NCBI GenBank assembly: GCA_977030845.1
Contig: OZ365109.1
Coordinates: forward strand, 61,008,001-61,072,000
From: Fimbriosthenelais zetlandica
Lineage: Eukaryota
DNA: 64,000 nucleotides
Direction: 5' to 3'
Shown here: positions 11,002 to 23,689 of the stretch, piece by piece
Numbering within the stretch: position 1 is the stretch's first letter
Layout of the letters: every line of letters starts with the position of its first letter
Made by a program: the position numbers and the translations under genes
Notes under the pieces: model-generated
What the model saw: the letters and a program-made list of their open reading frames with translations, nothing else
Databases searched by the model: none
What the model was told of the DNA's origin: nothing

Positions 11002-14000
11002 ATGGAGGAAGAAGATCAGAAAGAAGAGGAGTTGGAGGTTCCACAACCTCCTCGAAATAGTAGACGAAAATCGTTGTTCGATTCATCAGTTGTTCGAAAC
11101 TTAGCTGGTAAAAATGAGAAAAAAGTGCAGTCCAAACATAAATCGCTTCAAAGCCTTGGGGAGGAAGATGAAGAGGAGACGGTGGATGATGAAGAGGAGC
11201 GGATTGAAGATGAAAATCAAAGTGATATCGCGAGTGCAGTAAATTCGCGAGCTGAGGAAGAGGAAGATGACGGAGAGCAAGAAGAGGGGGCAGTAGGTGT
11301 ACAGGATGGAGCTCTCGGTCAAGATGCCAAAAAATCAAAGAAACAAGATGACAATGCTGGAGGTTTGGAAGATCAGCTTACCAATGAAAAACTCCGGCAA
11401 CTGGAGGAGGTAATTATGATCATGATTAAATTAATGTAGGCCTAAATGTAAGATAATATTAGGCCTACGGACGGTAGTCTACTAGTCTAATACTAGTAGT
11501 AGACTCTAGTACTAGGTCTAGTAGTCTTTATAATTATAGGCTACTAGCTGTAAAATTGTTCTTATATGATATTATAATATGGGTAGATCTAGACCATATT
11601 TTATTATATTATAATTTAGTAGTAAGTGGTGTCATATAGATAAACCTAACGTTACTATAGGTTCAAGACACTATAATGCCACTAAATAGAGATAGGCCTA
11701 CAGTACCGTAGATAAAATATCGATCCCTGTGTGTCCAGCAGGGGTAAGGAGCCGATCATATTGTCTAGGCCTACAGTGGCTACACTCTACTCTAGCCTAT
11801 ATGATCGGCCCCTTCTAGGGTTACACAGGCTCCACCCAGCGAGGGATGGATACTCTATCTATAGCTACACACCTGCATAGTGCAAACTTTTAAAACGAAA
11901 CAACAGCAAGATAATGGGAAAGCCGAAAGGGTGATAAAGAATGGAATATTAAGCCTCACTGACCAACTAGCAATGCCCGTGCAAAGAATAACGGGTATTG
12001 CTAGTGGATACACGTAACGGTACTATTAAAGTATAAGCATACAGTTCTATAAGATCATTGTATTTTATTTCTGACAGATATTCAGTGAGGCAGATGAAGA
12101 TGGAGGAGGAGGACTAGACATGGAGGAGTTCAGGAAGGCGATGCGCACCCAACTGGGAGGCAAGCTCACAGATGCTGACCTGGACAAGATATTTATGAAG
12201 GTGGACACCAACTGTGATGGCACGGTGGACTGGGATGAATACCTCACCTATATGCTGCTAGAGTGTAAAGGCCAAGATACAATGAGCTTACAGGTAATCA
12301 TTGGTCCAGAGTTTACAGTGGTGCTGTTTTTATAACCAAAAAAAAAAACGACAGAAAGATTTGAGGTTGTGTGTAGGCCCTTGCTACAGTTCTATGTGTA
12401 GGCCTACCATCGAGCAAGCCTACTACGGTACCGTTTTAATTATTGTCTCTTCTGTGGATTTTCTCCTGGCTTCATTTTCACTTGCAATAATTTTGACAGT
12501 CCCAGCAACCATATCCAAAGTATGTGTCCGCCATCAGGAGCCCACATCGCGATTCTATTATCTGTATTCTCCTGATGTCCAGTGGAAGGAAGGACAGCAC
12601 AGACCCCAGGGAAGGTATATATGGGAGATACATATCTGTAGGACAGGATGGCATCATTTGTATCTGGACAACAAGCATGAACCTCTTGGCATCCCACAGG
12701 TATAATTTATACCGGTTTTGACTACTGTTACTAGATCTACAACTTATAAGCTCTCAATTCATTCAAAACTTACCAGATTTGTTTGAATAAGAATCTTCTG
12801 GTGCTCTGAAATACCATGCCTAATAACGTTAGGCCTACTCACTCAATTTAAGCGAAATTTAAACACTCTGATTCGATCAGACTCGTACTCATCAAATTTA
12901 TAAGTAAAGATCGTGAAAGATATAATATATAAATTGTAGGATACAACCTGAAGGTAAACAAGTATGGGTGACTGATGCTGCCTACATCTCTGGGGTGCAA
13001 GAAGTGGTTGTTTCTTCCACATCCCGAGAACTCTTCCTCTATGATGTCAGTGGTAACAGGTAAGCTTCTGAGAAATTCGGATTGTCCTTTGAAGTTTCAG
13101 TCTTATCCAATGGAAATGATGACTTTTGGAGTGGTAAAATGTGTAATATGGACCGAAACAGGAATGGCCTTTAATTGAGCAGCTTAGCTTCGATGCCTGG
13201 CATGAATCTGCATTCAAGATTATCGGCTAGTGCATCGATGCATATCACGCAATCATTTAATTATCTTGCATACCGGTATCCATCAGGTTTCAGTTGACAC
13301 GCCGAATAACAAATTTAAACTCCTGCGCCTTGGCTTTGCACTTCTGGAACAACTATGACAGCCGAAAATTGCAGTTTACAGATGGCAAGTTTGTTAAGGC
13401 CATCTTGTTATGGGGCGATTCAAGCGGAAGCTTGGCCACAGTCTTTTTCCACACTGAACCCTACACCTCAGCACTTTGTGGAAAGTTTGAACAAAAAAAC
13501 AACCGCAAGCAAATTACTTTCCAAGAACTCCTACAGGATAAAATACCAGGTGAGTGTGATGCATCTGTGAACATTTCTTTTGAAAGATTTGCCTTCGGTT
13601 CCTCCGCACAAAACCTCGATAAAAAAAAATATAATGATATAGGTATAATTGGAATAATAAAAAAAAATATCTTATCATTTTTGTTTGCACAGGGATGAGT
13701 GCAAACTATAGAGAACAACTTCATGGGGATCTAATCAGACAAGTCATGTTCTGTCCAAATCTCTGTTCCACAATCTCCTGCTGCAAAGAAAGTGACACAG
13801 CTATGTTTGTTGGTGGCATAGGATCCAAGCTTATCAACTCCTATTTCAAGGCAAGGGAAACATATTCCTTCATAGATATATTGACTTAATTATGAAATAG
13901 GCCTGATCAAATTCTAGGTGCTCGACTGTGAGACACAAGAAGAACATTTTGAACTACAGTAGACAGTGGTTTGAATTAAAATGTAACATTTGGTTTCTAA

Positions 14001-17000
14001 ACAAATAGATCTATTTCATTTTAAAGCAAGCCTTGGTTCTGACCAATGCCTGGGTAATGAAGAATCAGAAGAGTTCTAACCAATGTTTTCAGGTAAAGAA
14101 AGGCATTGACACCTTTGACTATGGACCAAGTTTGAACGTTATAGTGACAGGAGGCTATGATGGCCTTGTTCGCATATGGAATCCTTATGTTCCGGCTAAG
14201 CCCGTTATACGACTGGATGGGCATCAGGTAAAAGACTACTGATAGTTTAATGAATATGCATGAATGCCTTACTGAAAAATAAAATGGAGCCTGAAAGCTA
14301 TAACATTGATGGTGCATTCTTTACTTGTTCTGTATGTATTTTACTTGTTTGTAAAGATACTTTATGCTGAGAACAAATTTGCTTTATCCTTTTGTCGTAG
14401 TTCCCAGTGCAGCATGTAAGGATTGACACAGTGTTGGAGAATGTGGTGAGCATCTCTGAGATTAAAGAGATCCGTGTCCATGATCTCTCGACTCAGGTCT
14501 GTATCCAGACCATCTATAAGAAAATGGTACTTGGACTAGGTAAGCAATATTGTCATTTCACAGAAAAGTATTGATTTCAGTGGTTCACCCTATGGAATTG
14601 TTATTGACATCTGTAGTGGAGTACATGTAAATAGTTTGAAGGTCCACATATCTTGAGGAATGCTTTCCCAGAATAGAAAAGGCCAGGGTTCAAATTCCCG
14701 TCTGGACCCAGGGATGTCTTTGCTTGCTCACACAGGTTCCCCACAATATGTTTCACAGTGAAGGTCAATAATTTTCTTTGGCAGGGCCTCGCAGTGTGAC
14801 CGCATTTTACCTGAATCAAGGGCGTCAGAATCTGGTGTTTGCAACGAACACGTTGGCTACTCTTGAGCAGAAAGAAGAGGAGAACATACCAGTGGAACTC
14901 AGTTCTCATGAGAAGGCCATCTCTCATGCACTGTTCAATCCACTCTTTGAGCAGGTTGTCAGTATTGGCGCAGACTCCTCGGTCTGTGTCTGGGCGATAA
15001 CTAATGGATCAAAGGTTAGTATTCAAAATTGTGTTTCTTCCATTATTTATATCCACCAGGTGCCCCAGGCAGAAACGATGACCTTTCTTATCACCGACAC
15101 TGGGCAGCCATTTTAGAGAATGTTACACCAACATGCTGAAAGCCCCATGTTTCAGGGAGAAATGGTCTTGCTGCCATTCAGTGTTTGAACGGTAATAAGA
15201 TTGTAACTGCCTGAAAATACATGTTTTTCTTGCTAACCTGCTCCACAGTACTGTACACAGGTCGCTTTATCTTTTCAAACTCCAAGGTTATGCAGTTCAA
15301 AGCACATCAAGTTCGACGCAATGGCGAGATGAAGGATGTGGAGGTGACAGCCATGACTTTTGATCCAACTTTCCGCCGTCTCATCACTGCAGCCAAAAAT
15401 GGAGACGTCCGAATCTGGAACTTCAATAATGGTGCATGCCTCAGAGTGTTACCAAAGTTTGACAACACAGAGATAACATCTCTGTCCTGTCCCAATCACA
15501 ACATCTTAACAGCTGGCTGGAACAGGTAGGTCAAAACCTGCATACATGTATGCCATTTCGTCACCTTGGTCATTTTCCATACTACATGTAATGTATATAT
15601 CATGTTGTTATGCAAAATATTACAACTCTTGTGACACCTTCTTCCATCTTTCAGACGAGTGACAAAATATGTTGACTCTGCGGATGATGACAGTGTTCGT
15701 TGGTTGAAGCTTTACCACCGTGATGATATCCTCTCCATATCTCATTACAATGGGAATGTTCTAGCATCTGGTTCCTATGATGGGAATATCCTTGTCTGGT
15801 CTCTAGCCACAGGCCGGCTTTTGTTCTGTTTGAACGGAAACATCAGCGACAAGCAAATTCGTGCAGCAACTTACTTCAAGTCCGAGATAATCAAAGATGA
15901 TACACCAGAAAATGGTGTTTCACCAAAGGATAGAAATGATATGAGCAACAACAGCCCAAGGATTGAAACACAGGACAAATGTGTAACAAATAATGCTGTT
16001 CAAAAATTATTATTTCTGGAATCCCGTGAGAGTGATGCAGAGACTGCAACTTTGTTGGCAGCATGTGCTGATGGACAAATCCAGGCATGGTCACTCCACC
16101 ATCTAAGTGGCCTTCTCGGTACCTTTCCAGCCGCACACTTAAAGGACACCAGCGTCAACTCTATGGTGACGGATGAAGAGAACATTTTGCTTATCACTGC
16201 AGACTCGGGTGGATATGTCAAGGTATTTGACATGAGTAATTATTGCACTTCTGGTTGGGAAGAGCAGGAACAAGACGAGACGTACATTGCTGAGAGGGAA
16301 GAATTGCATAAGACGTTTCCTTTCATAGTCTGGTCACAAATGGTCCTGGAACATTCGCATAGTGGAATGCAATCTTGGACCAGGCGATATATGACGGTGA
16401 GTAAAACGTACTTTATGACATAGAAGACTTTATGACAGAATGTACCAGATGTCTTTACTATGATAGAGCAGATGATTGCTATACTGCAATATCTTTTGCA
16501 GGAAGGTAACAATAGGCCACCAATGATGAACTCTTTCAGAGCTCATCTTCAAAGTATTACAAGCCTGGATCTCGTTACAGTGAGTAAATTCCACCATTTT
16601 GATTAGGCAATTTCAATTACCCTGCCAATATCTTTGGCCAAAAATCATAAATGACATATATACTTCATTTTAATCACGTCCTAGGTAAAAGGCTCTACAA
16701 TGCTCCTAACTGCCAGTCTGGATCAATCAGTTCGACTGTGGTCAATTCAAGGCCAGTTCATTGGTATATTTGGACAGCCTGACTTATGGGACTTGCGTAT
16801 GACCTTCCCAAGGTACCCCAAAGAGATGGCAGACATTCAAGCTACAGGGGTTTATAGACACAGGTAAATACTTTACGACAGTGTGCATGTAGATGAACAG
16901 GGGTAAAACAAGAGATTGCATGCCTGTAGAATGTTTTTTTAATCGTAGGAAGGTACTATTGCCCCCTGACATACGCCGAGTGGGTTCAGCAGCTACTCTG

Positions 17001-18434
17001 ATGGTTTTGAATGGCGGTAGACGACCTGCCTGGAAGTTATGCAGCAACGTCATTAAATGGTTGTTCAGACCTCCAAAAGTAGACGAACAGTCAAAAAGCC
17101 CTCAGGTAGGTTTTCATCGTTTATATTTTAGAAATTCACTCTTGCCTTTTGGTACTTTTCTGTTGTGATATTAAGATCTTTTCATATGATGCTTCGACGT
17201 TTCAGAGAGCAAATCTCGAGAAGGTCTCCTCAATAAAGTCTGTATCAAAAGAATGTGAATATCAACCATCAATCTTAGGATCAAACTTCACCCGACTAAC
17301 ACGGCACCATCCGTTGCCATCAATTCCCCTTCCGAGATTCAATGGCATTACAGAGGTACAATATTTGACTAACTATACTAGTCGTAAGAGAATAAATCAT
17401 TGATAGGTTACGTTTAATACAGGAGTTCATTTTTTAAATATGTCTCGTCTATTATAGGTCTTGTCAGTGTATGGCTCACTGCAGTACCATCAGTTAGTTG
17501 AAGTGGAACACCCCGAAATGCCAGACAGCTTGAAAGTCATCCAACGAACAAAGAAGAAACAGATGAATGCTCATAGATTATTCACAGTAAGTTAGCTCAC
17601 TGAATGGATGTGTTCTTGAAGGATGAATATTATCTATTCTTCGCTTTATACCAGAACAACTTTATTGAATCTCTGTTTGAAACTATTCTAGGAAGCAGCA
17701 TCGATACAAAAGAAGCTCAAAGGAATAAAGGCATTCCGTAACTCTATTCCACTGGTGCAATTAATGTCAAAGAAGGTAAGTCTTCTGTTCTATCAGTGTA
17801 AATCTTGGCCTTGGGGGTGTAAATTCAACTGTGGCCTAGAACAGTTTTCAGGCTGCAAACATAATATTGAAACTCAATCATAGTTTTGGACAGCTATCGC
17901 AGAATGGTGTTTAACTTGAACATGAATTTCGAATTTAGTTATCCTGATTAATTATTTCCCTCCACAGTCGTCCCACATCCGTACAGACATTTCCCAGCAG
18001 GAAAATGGCGAGCCTGGGGTACCATCTTCAGCCTCAAAGAAAGGTAAATTAACGCAGCATCATTTTAAACTAAAACCTGGAACACACTAATCCGATTCTC
18101 CAATCCGTCACCATCCGAACCCCCATTTCTAACGGCATCAAATGCATTGATCGAAATTTTGTCAGCACTTGGTTAACCTTACGTAGAAGCCGGATAGAGA
18201 ATCAGATTAGTGTGTTCCAGGCTTAAGATTGTTAATCTGTGGTTCATAAATCGAATTTAATTTCACTGTCCTATTATTTCAGAAATTAGGAAGCCTTCTA
18301 ACAGCATAAAATCACCTACGAAGAGCAACACAAATACAGCTGGGACAGGTGATCTTAGTGATGAAGGACAAACATCTCACACCTCCATCCCAGCAAACAA
18401 CTCCGCAAAGCTCACTGTTATAACTGAAGTCTAA
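11002..18434 (+). CDS. EF-hand + WD40-repeat protein (WDY/WDR49/EFCAB8-like), 19 exons, 1284 aa
   Basis: Exons 11002-11409, 12078-12293, 12500-12699, 12940-13059, 13287-13549, 13693-13850, 14093-14227, 14401-14539, 14785-15014, 15287-15525, 15655-16396, 16502-16579, 16685-16863, 16949-17105, 17206-17355, 17458-17586, 17692-17775, 17968-18043, 18283-18434; 3855 nt, all phases consistent. Acidic N-terminus, two EF-hands (DEDGGGGLDMEEF, DTNCDGTVDWDEY), many WD repeats (TGGYDGLVRIWN, TAAKNGDVRIWN, SGSYDGNILVWS, TASLDQSVRLWS) and a C-terminal LPPDIRRVGSAATL segment. The last five exons are less certain; the exact orthologue cannot be fixed. Confidence 0.88.
18074..18223. mobile_element. Tourist-like (PIF/Harbinger) MITE in intron 18 of the WD40 gene
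   Basis: 27-bp TIRs (18074-18100 and 18197-18223) matching at 25/27 positions; TAA on both flanks (18071-18073, 18224-18226); 150 bp, non-coding. Confidence 0.8.
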
Positions 18435-18540
18435 ATAATCAATTAATGTTATTTCGAAAACTTGTAATGCTTGGTCCTTTCTGTACACAAAATTGTATTC
18501 CTTATACATTTTCCACTTGGCAGAATGCCGTAAATGCCAA

Positions 18541-18546
18541 AATAAA
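18541..18546 (+). terminator. Putative polyadenylation signal of the WD40 gene
   Basis: AATAAA about 107 bp after the stop codon. Confidence 0.45.
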
Positions 18547-18691
18547 CTTTAAAACATAGTTAATCAATATTATATTTATATAAATATAAACTGTATTATT
18601 ATGGATCAATAAGTCAGAATAAAGATAATTATATATTACTATATTATCTTATGGTTGAATTATGCACTAACACAAAAGGGAATTTTAGTTC

Positions 18692-18697
18692 TTTATT
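18692..18697 (-). terminator. Putative polyadenylation signal of the convergent minus-strand gene
   Basis: TTTATT on + (AATAAA on -) about 430 bp past the stop at 19130. Confidence 0.35.
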
Positions 18698-19129
18698 GTT
18701 TAAATATCACATATCGTTGTAGTTTATCACAGAACGCTATGAATAATAACCAAAACATTCAACAATGATGCAGTAAAAGAAAAAAACTTTTTGGGATACC
18801 AACCGAAAATAATAATAAATTGTTGTTATGAACTCTGTGCTGAGGAAAAAAATGTAACAAGGTAATACTGATGCGACAAGTATTACACCTAGGTGTCATA
18901 CCACAATGGAACTTCATTTGCTTTCACACAATTGACTTTACTTAACTAAAAATGACTCGGGAAAGGTTTAGTATACAATTCATAAGACCTACTTAATTAT
19001 TTGAGAAACAAGACAAGTACACTTAATACAATATATTCATTGTGGACCATTAGAAATGATTCCATAATAGGCTAATAACTGCCTATGTCAGCCTATATCC
19101 ATTATGGGGCTTTGTGCGTTTTCTTTTCA

Positions 19130-22100
19130 TTAAGGGCCCCAATCAGGATGGATGGTGAAGTGACGTGGCACAGTACCATGTGGTTCTATGAGGATTGAAC
19201 TCTTGTTTAAAACCTTGCTCTTGTTGGGGTAGGATGGAAGGTTGTGCCATGTCTGATGACGCCACTTGTTTTGGCGTGCAGTTGGCGTCAGGAGGTTGAT
19301 ATGACGTAAACCACGTGCGTCGTTCAGGGAACGTGTTGTTTTTACGTCAGTGGCATACTTATTAGGAGGACTAAAATACAACGGCAGATACTGCTGTTAG
19401 AGAATGTAAAATAGATGCCAAGTTTGATGAGAATATTATATCGAAATTGGTGCACAGTGCTGAACGTATGATAGGGTTTCAACTAAGAGCAGATTCGAAT
19501 GTCATTTGTCAGAAATACGTGCATGCAACTATCTATAGATACTTTAGATTTAAATGATTCTACACAGAATCGATTTCAATATAACGCCGCAAGTTGAAAA
19601 ACAGCCGTTGAAATTTTCCTCTGATGAATTATTCAATGCAAAAAACCTACTTTTCCAGCAGGCTGACGACCTGGTCCATCCTCTCCTTCTTATCAGAGGA
19701 TCCTCCCATGAGCTGAGTCCCTGCCAGAGACTTGAAGAAAGTCAGTGCTACTTCTCTCTCTGTAACAAAGTGCAATTTAGTTAATTTCAGATTGTGTACA
19801 ATCCAAGTGCTACTTCTCTCTCTGTAACAAAGTGCAATTTAGTTAATTTCTGATTGTGTACAATCCAAGACCAGTATAACTATAAGCATGAAAACTATGA
19901 TAGCCTAATTAGACACTTTAGTCTAAAGAAATTTTCTCAGATTGTTCTGAGATATTGTTGATATCACTACGAATTATAATAGCTGGCTGATGTCTCAGTA
20001 GAGAGAAATCAATTCCTAAACATGATAAGTCGCCCCTGAGTAAGAGATTTATGAGGGTCAGCCATCTTTAGCAGCTATGATGTCACAAGATGTCACATGG
20101 TGTTGGTCAGCCAATCAGAATAAGGAAGGGGTTGGTGACAGGACGTCACATGGTGTTGGTTAGCCAATCAGAATAAGGAAGGTGTTGGTCGGCTACAGCT
20201 ATAATTTGTAGTGAGATCAATTATCTAAGGCAAGAACTACCTGGGAAAATTACTTTACATCAGGTGGTTAGCATCCCTTTAAAAGTAACATATAATTGCC
20301 CTACACCATTGTTATAAGGTCTGTGTATAGTGAAGGCAGGCGTATAGTTTGTGTCTTACCTTTGTCTGAGGCCCCATCCAGCCACTTCTTGACAGGAGCA
20401 GCCACATCATCTTTACTTTTAGGCTGACCCATGTTAAGGGCTTTCTCCATCATCTTTAGTTCAGAATCTGAGGCATGGGCCAAGAAACGTTCTGTGGTAC
20501 TTCTCTCATCCCGAGCATGGTACTGGTTAAACAGCTGCGAGGAAAAGGATCACTTTAGTCAATTTATATTTATTGAAGTGGGACCTGCCTACATGTTGTC
20601 AATTTTATTACTTTCAGAATGAAATATTATAATTATAATATTCTAGCGTCTATAATGCGTTCACATTATGCTACATGGCACTTTATAGACTATGTTGGGA
20701 GATTGTTCACTCACCGTTTTGGCAGCTAAAGATTTAGGTTGTTTTGATTGCTTGCCTGGCTTGGCAGGACGTCGAATGCCAGCGATTGACTGTACAGTAC
20801 ATGGACGAGGTGAAGCTCCATAAATCTGTGGTACTGCAAACGAACAATAAAGCAACTATGGACCATGATCAAATAAGTACACTTGATAACTGTAGACCTG
20901 GGCCGTGTCAATAGGTCATTCAAGGGATAGCAGGTATTATAGCCTTCAACAAAAGAATTTAGAACTGCTTTTGTTTGGATCCTTTAGAATTAATTGTCTA
21001 CTTGAAATCTATTTAATATAATATTTACCTAACATTATATACATAATAAATTGATGTGGATTGAAGGTGATTATGTACAATCTATGCTATTGGCCATTTA
21101 ATAATAATAATTATGTAGGTTATATTAGAACTCACATGCAGATTTCTCGCCGCTTCCGCCGTTCGCATCTTGCACATCTTGGGCTATACTTGCTACACTT
21201 GCTCGAGTTGCTGTTCAAATTTGTAAAAAAGGAGATCCGGATGTTACTTTTGACAAAGGTGAGGATTGATAAGGCTCCATGCTCAACATTCATTTTTTAA
21301 ATTGAACTTAAAATTCATAGCAAAGGGATTTAAATATATATAGCGGATTTCAATAGCTTACCACTTCTGGCGTCACTGTCAGTAAGCCGAGAAGGCACTT
21401 TCCAACGCTGGAATTGCTGTAAAATAAACCAGACACACTGAGTAAATATTTACAAATATCCAACCATATGGAAGGTTAAGAACATAAAAAATAACTTACT
21501 TTAAGCATGGTGAGATTTTTCCCACTTTAGTATCAATGAGAAGTTATAGCTAGAGCGATTTGCAGAAAAGTGTTTATATAAGCCTACTCCCATGAAGGTT
21601 AAATTATCCAATGAAGGTGCGTTGTGGCAGTTAGACAAGGTGCAGGGACCGTTACATAAATTACACATACATGTATATAGGCTCCTCATTAGCCAATGCT
21701 AAATCTTGGGCTAATGTGTTGATTCCATTTTATGAAAGAATCACTTGAACATTGCTGATCGGTTTCATTTGCGCAGTATGATATTAAAGCCGCTATCAAG
21801 AGGCGGAACTCCCAAGGATCGATACCTTTTGGGATGTATCCCCTATTTTTGAGGCCCCCAGACTGCACAGCATGGGATTTCCCATTGGTCCTCTAATGCA
21901 GAACATAATCTCAGATCACATTATTGCCTCAGGCCATGGCATTGTTTGCGACCGTCTCTGCTACGTACTCGATGCCTGGACTGTTTATACGGCCACCAAT
22001 TCAACTCATTCTTACTTCCTTTCTAGTCTTCCAGACAGGACTGTTTATTAAATCAATAACTTAGGCTAATATCATATTATAGAAGAGATTCTACTTCCCA

Positions 22101-23414
22101 TTAAAGTCTATTAATCACGGTGGTCTCATAATCCAAATAATCATGCCGACGGCTTTTGACAAGTGGTTAAACATCAGCTCTGTGGAAATCAGGCTAAACA
22201 TAGAAGGATATTGACACCATATAGGCTTAATCGAGCCATATTGCTGGTATACGGTCTTCAAAGAGTTGAGTGACACTAGCTAGGTTTCCGAAATTCCGGG
22301 ACATAATATTATTTGCGCTATATGCCTAAGTTTACAGCCTAGCTTGTCACATGCATTCTGAAAAATGGGGTATAAACTAAACTGAGCTCATAGACGGCAA
22401 ACTAAAACTTGGATATTTTGAAAGAAGAAAATCAATAGATAAAAGAAATAACTCCCACATCCATTGACTATCGAGATGTACGGTATTGTACCAGGTGGCA
22501 CCACCGTGACTGTGCTCTATACAAAATAACAGTGCAGTAAAGATATAGTCATGGATGATGGAGGAGATTGGAGATAATGCATTCCCTAATAACCCTTGAC
22601 AGGAGATTTCCACAATGGAACCGGCATGTCATACAGATGTCCACAATTATTACGCATGAAATCAATCTGATCTACCCATTTTCTCACATTTTTGGATAAT
22701 TTTTTTTTGTCGGGGCATCGCAAATTACGGTCTATGGCAGCCCTATTAAGATTTGCTAATCACTATGTCATTGTGTAATCAGTACAACGGAACAACCACC
22801 TGACGCAACGTATATAATTATGCCTATGGCGCTATAGACATGTGGAATTTGTTGTAGACCTAAATTGCCCTGCGAATGCCATTTTGGGAGCATCTAATGA
22901 GAGATCAAGTATTTAAGAAATCATTTTAAAAAAAACAGGGACGCGAGGGCTAAGTACTGCAATTATTATTATTCATCTGAGATCGACAGATCCAATTAAT
23001 AGGCCCTATTAATTTATAATTGGCATCTCGATGGGGAAAATCATTTCATTTGAGGCAATCGTATAGACTGAATTTAATATTTTTTTTAATTTTAACACTT
23101 ACCGTGTTGCCCCAGCCGCCGAGCGTTCCAGCCACACCACAGTCGTCATCACCTGCTTTTCCCATATGGGCCTTCACAGCAAACTTCCTGTCAGCCTGAG
23201 CTCTGAGTTGCTCAATGGGAATATAATCACTATGCATGGTGCTCTTCCATCGATTCAATCTTCTGGTTCCTTCTACACTGTAGACACTCTCAGGAAAAAC
23301 ACTCAGACTGTCATCGTGGATCTTTTTCAGTTCTGAAGCGATGTAACCACCGAAAGGTCCAGCTGGTCGCCATTGAGGAGACACCTGGGCGATGACGTCC
23401 TCAATCTCCGCCAT
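19130..23414 (-). CDS. Uncharacterised 361-aa protein, 7 coding exons, possibly ciliary/sperm
   Basis: Exons 23414-23103, 21416-21362, 21210-21136, 20833-20715, 20534-20360, 19759-19651, 19370-19130; all GT-AG, phases 0/1/1/0/1/2 chain correctly, 1086 nt. Starts MAEIEDVIAQVSPQWRPAGPFGGY and ends HGTVPRHFTIHPDWGP. An acceptor at about 23450 implies an upstream non-coding exon. Confidence 0.82.
19744..19869. repeat. 62-bp tandem duplication covering a 3' splice site
   Basis: agtgctacttctctctctgtaacaaagtgcaatttagttaatttc(a/t)gattgtgtacaatcca at 19744-19805 and 19806-19867, one mismatch. Confidence 0.93.
20092..20189. repeat. 53-bp tandem duplication carrying CCAAT boxes
   Basis: gtcacatggtgttggt(c/t)agccaatcagaataaggaagg(g/t)gttggt begins at 20092 and at 20145. 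Confidence 0.85.
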
Positions 23415-23689
23415 CTTAGTGGACCAAAATCCCCCGCCGGAAACTTTCTGCAAGAGATGGTATATTGGTTAGTTTAGGTACATATGTGGAGTAACTAGAT
23501 AGAACTGAACGAGGGTTGGGATCCACGATCTGGAATGATCCGTCATCCAATACCTCGAATGAATAGTTTTTTTTGCCAACGAGTTAATATTCTCAGTTAG
23601 GCCTTTAATTTTATGCCTAAATTGCGTTGAATTGAGAACTATCCAGTCTGTATAATAGGCCTATATCATAATGATATCACATATGAATA

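Noticed and set aside
14670-14720. tRNA or tRNA-derived SINE (GGTTCAAATTCC B-box)
   Set aside because: No A-box or cloverleaf; at most a decayed SINE fragment.
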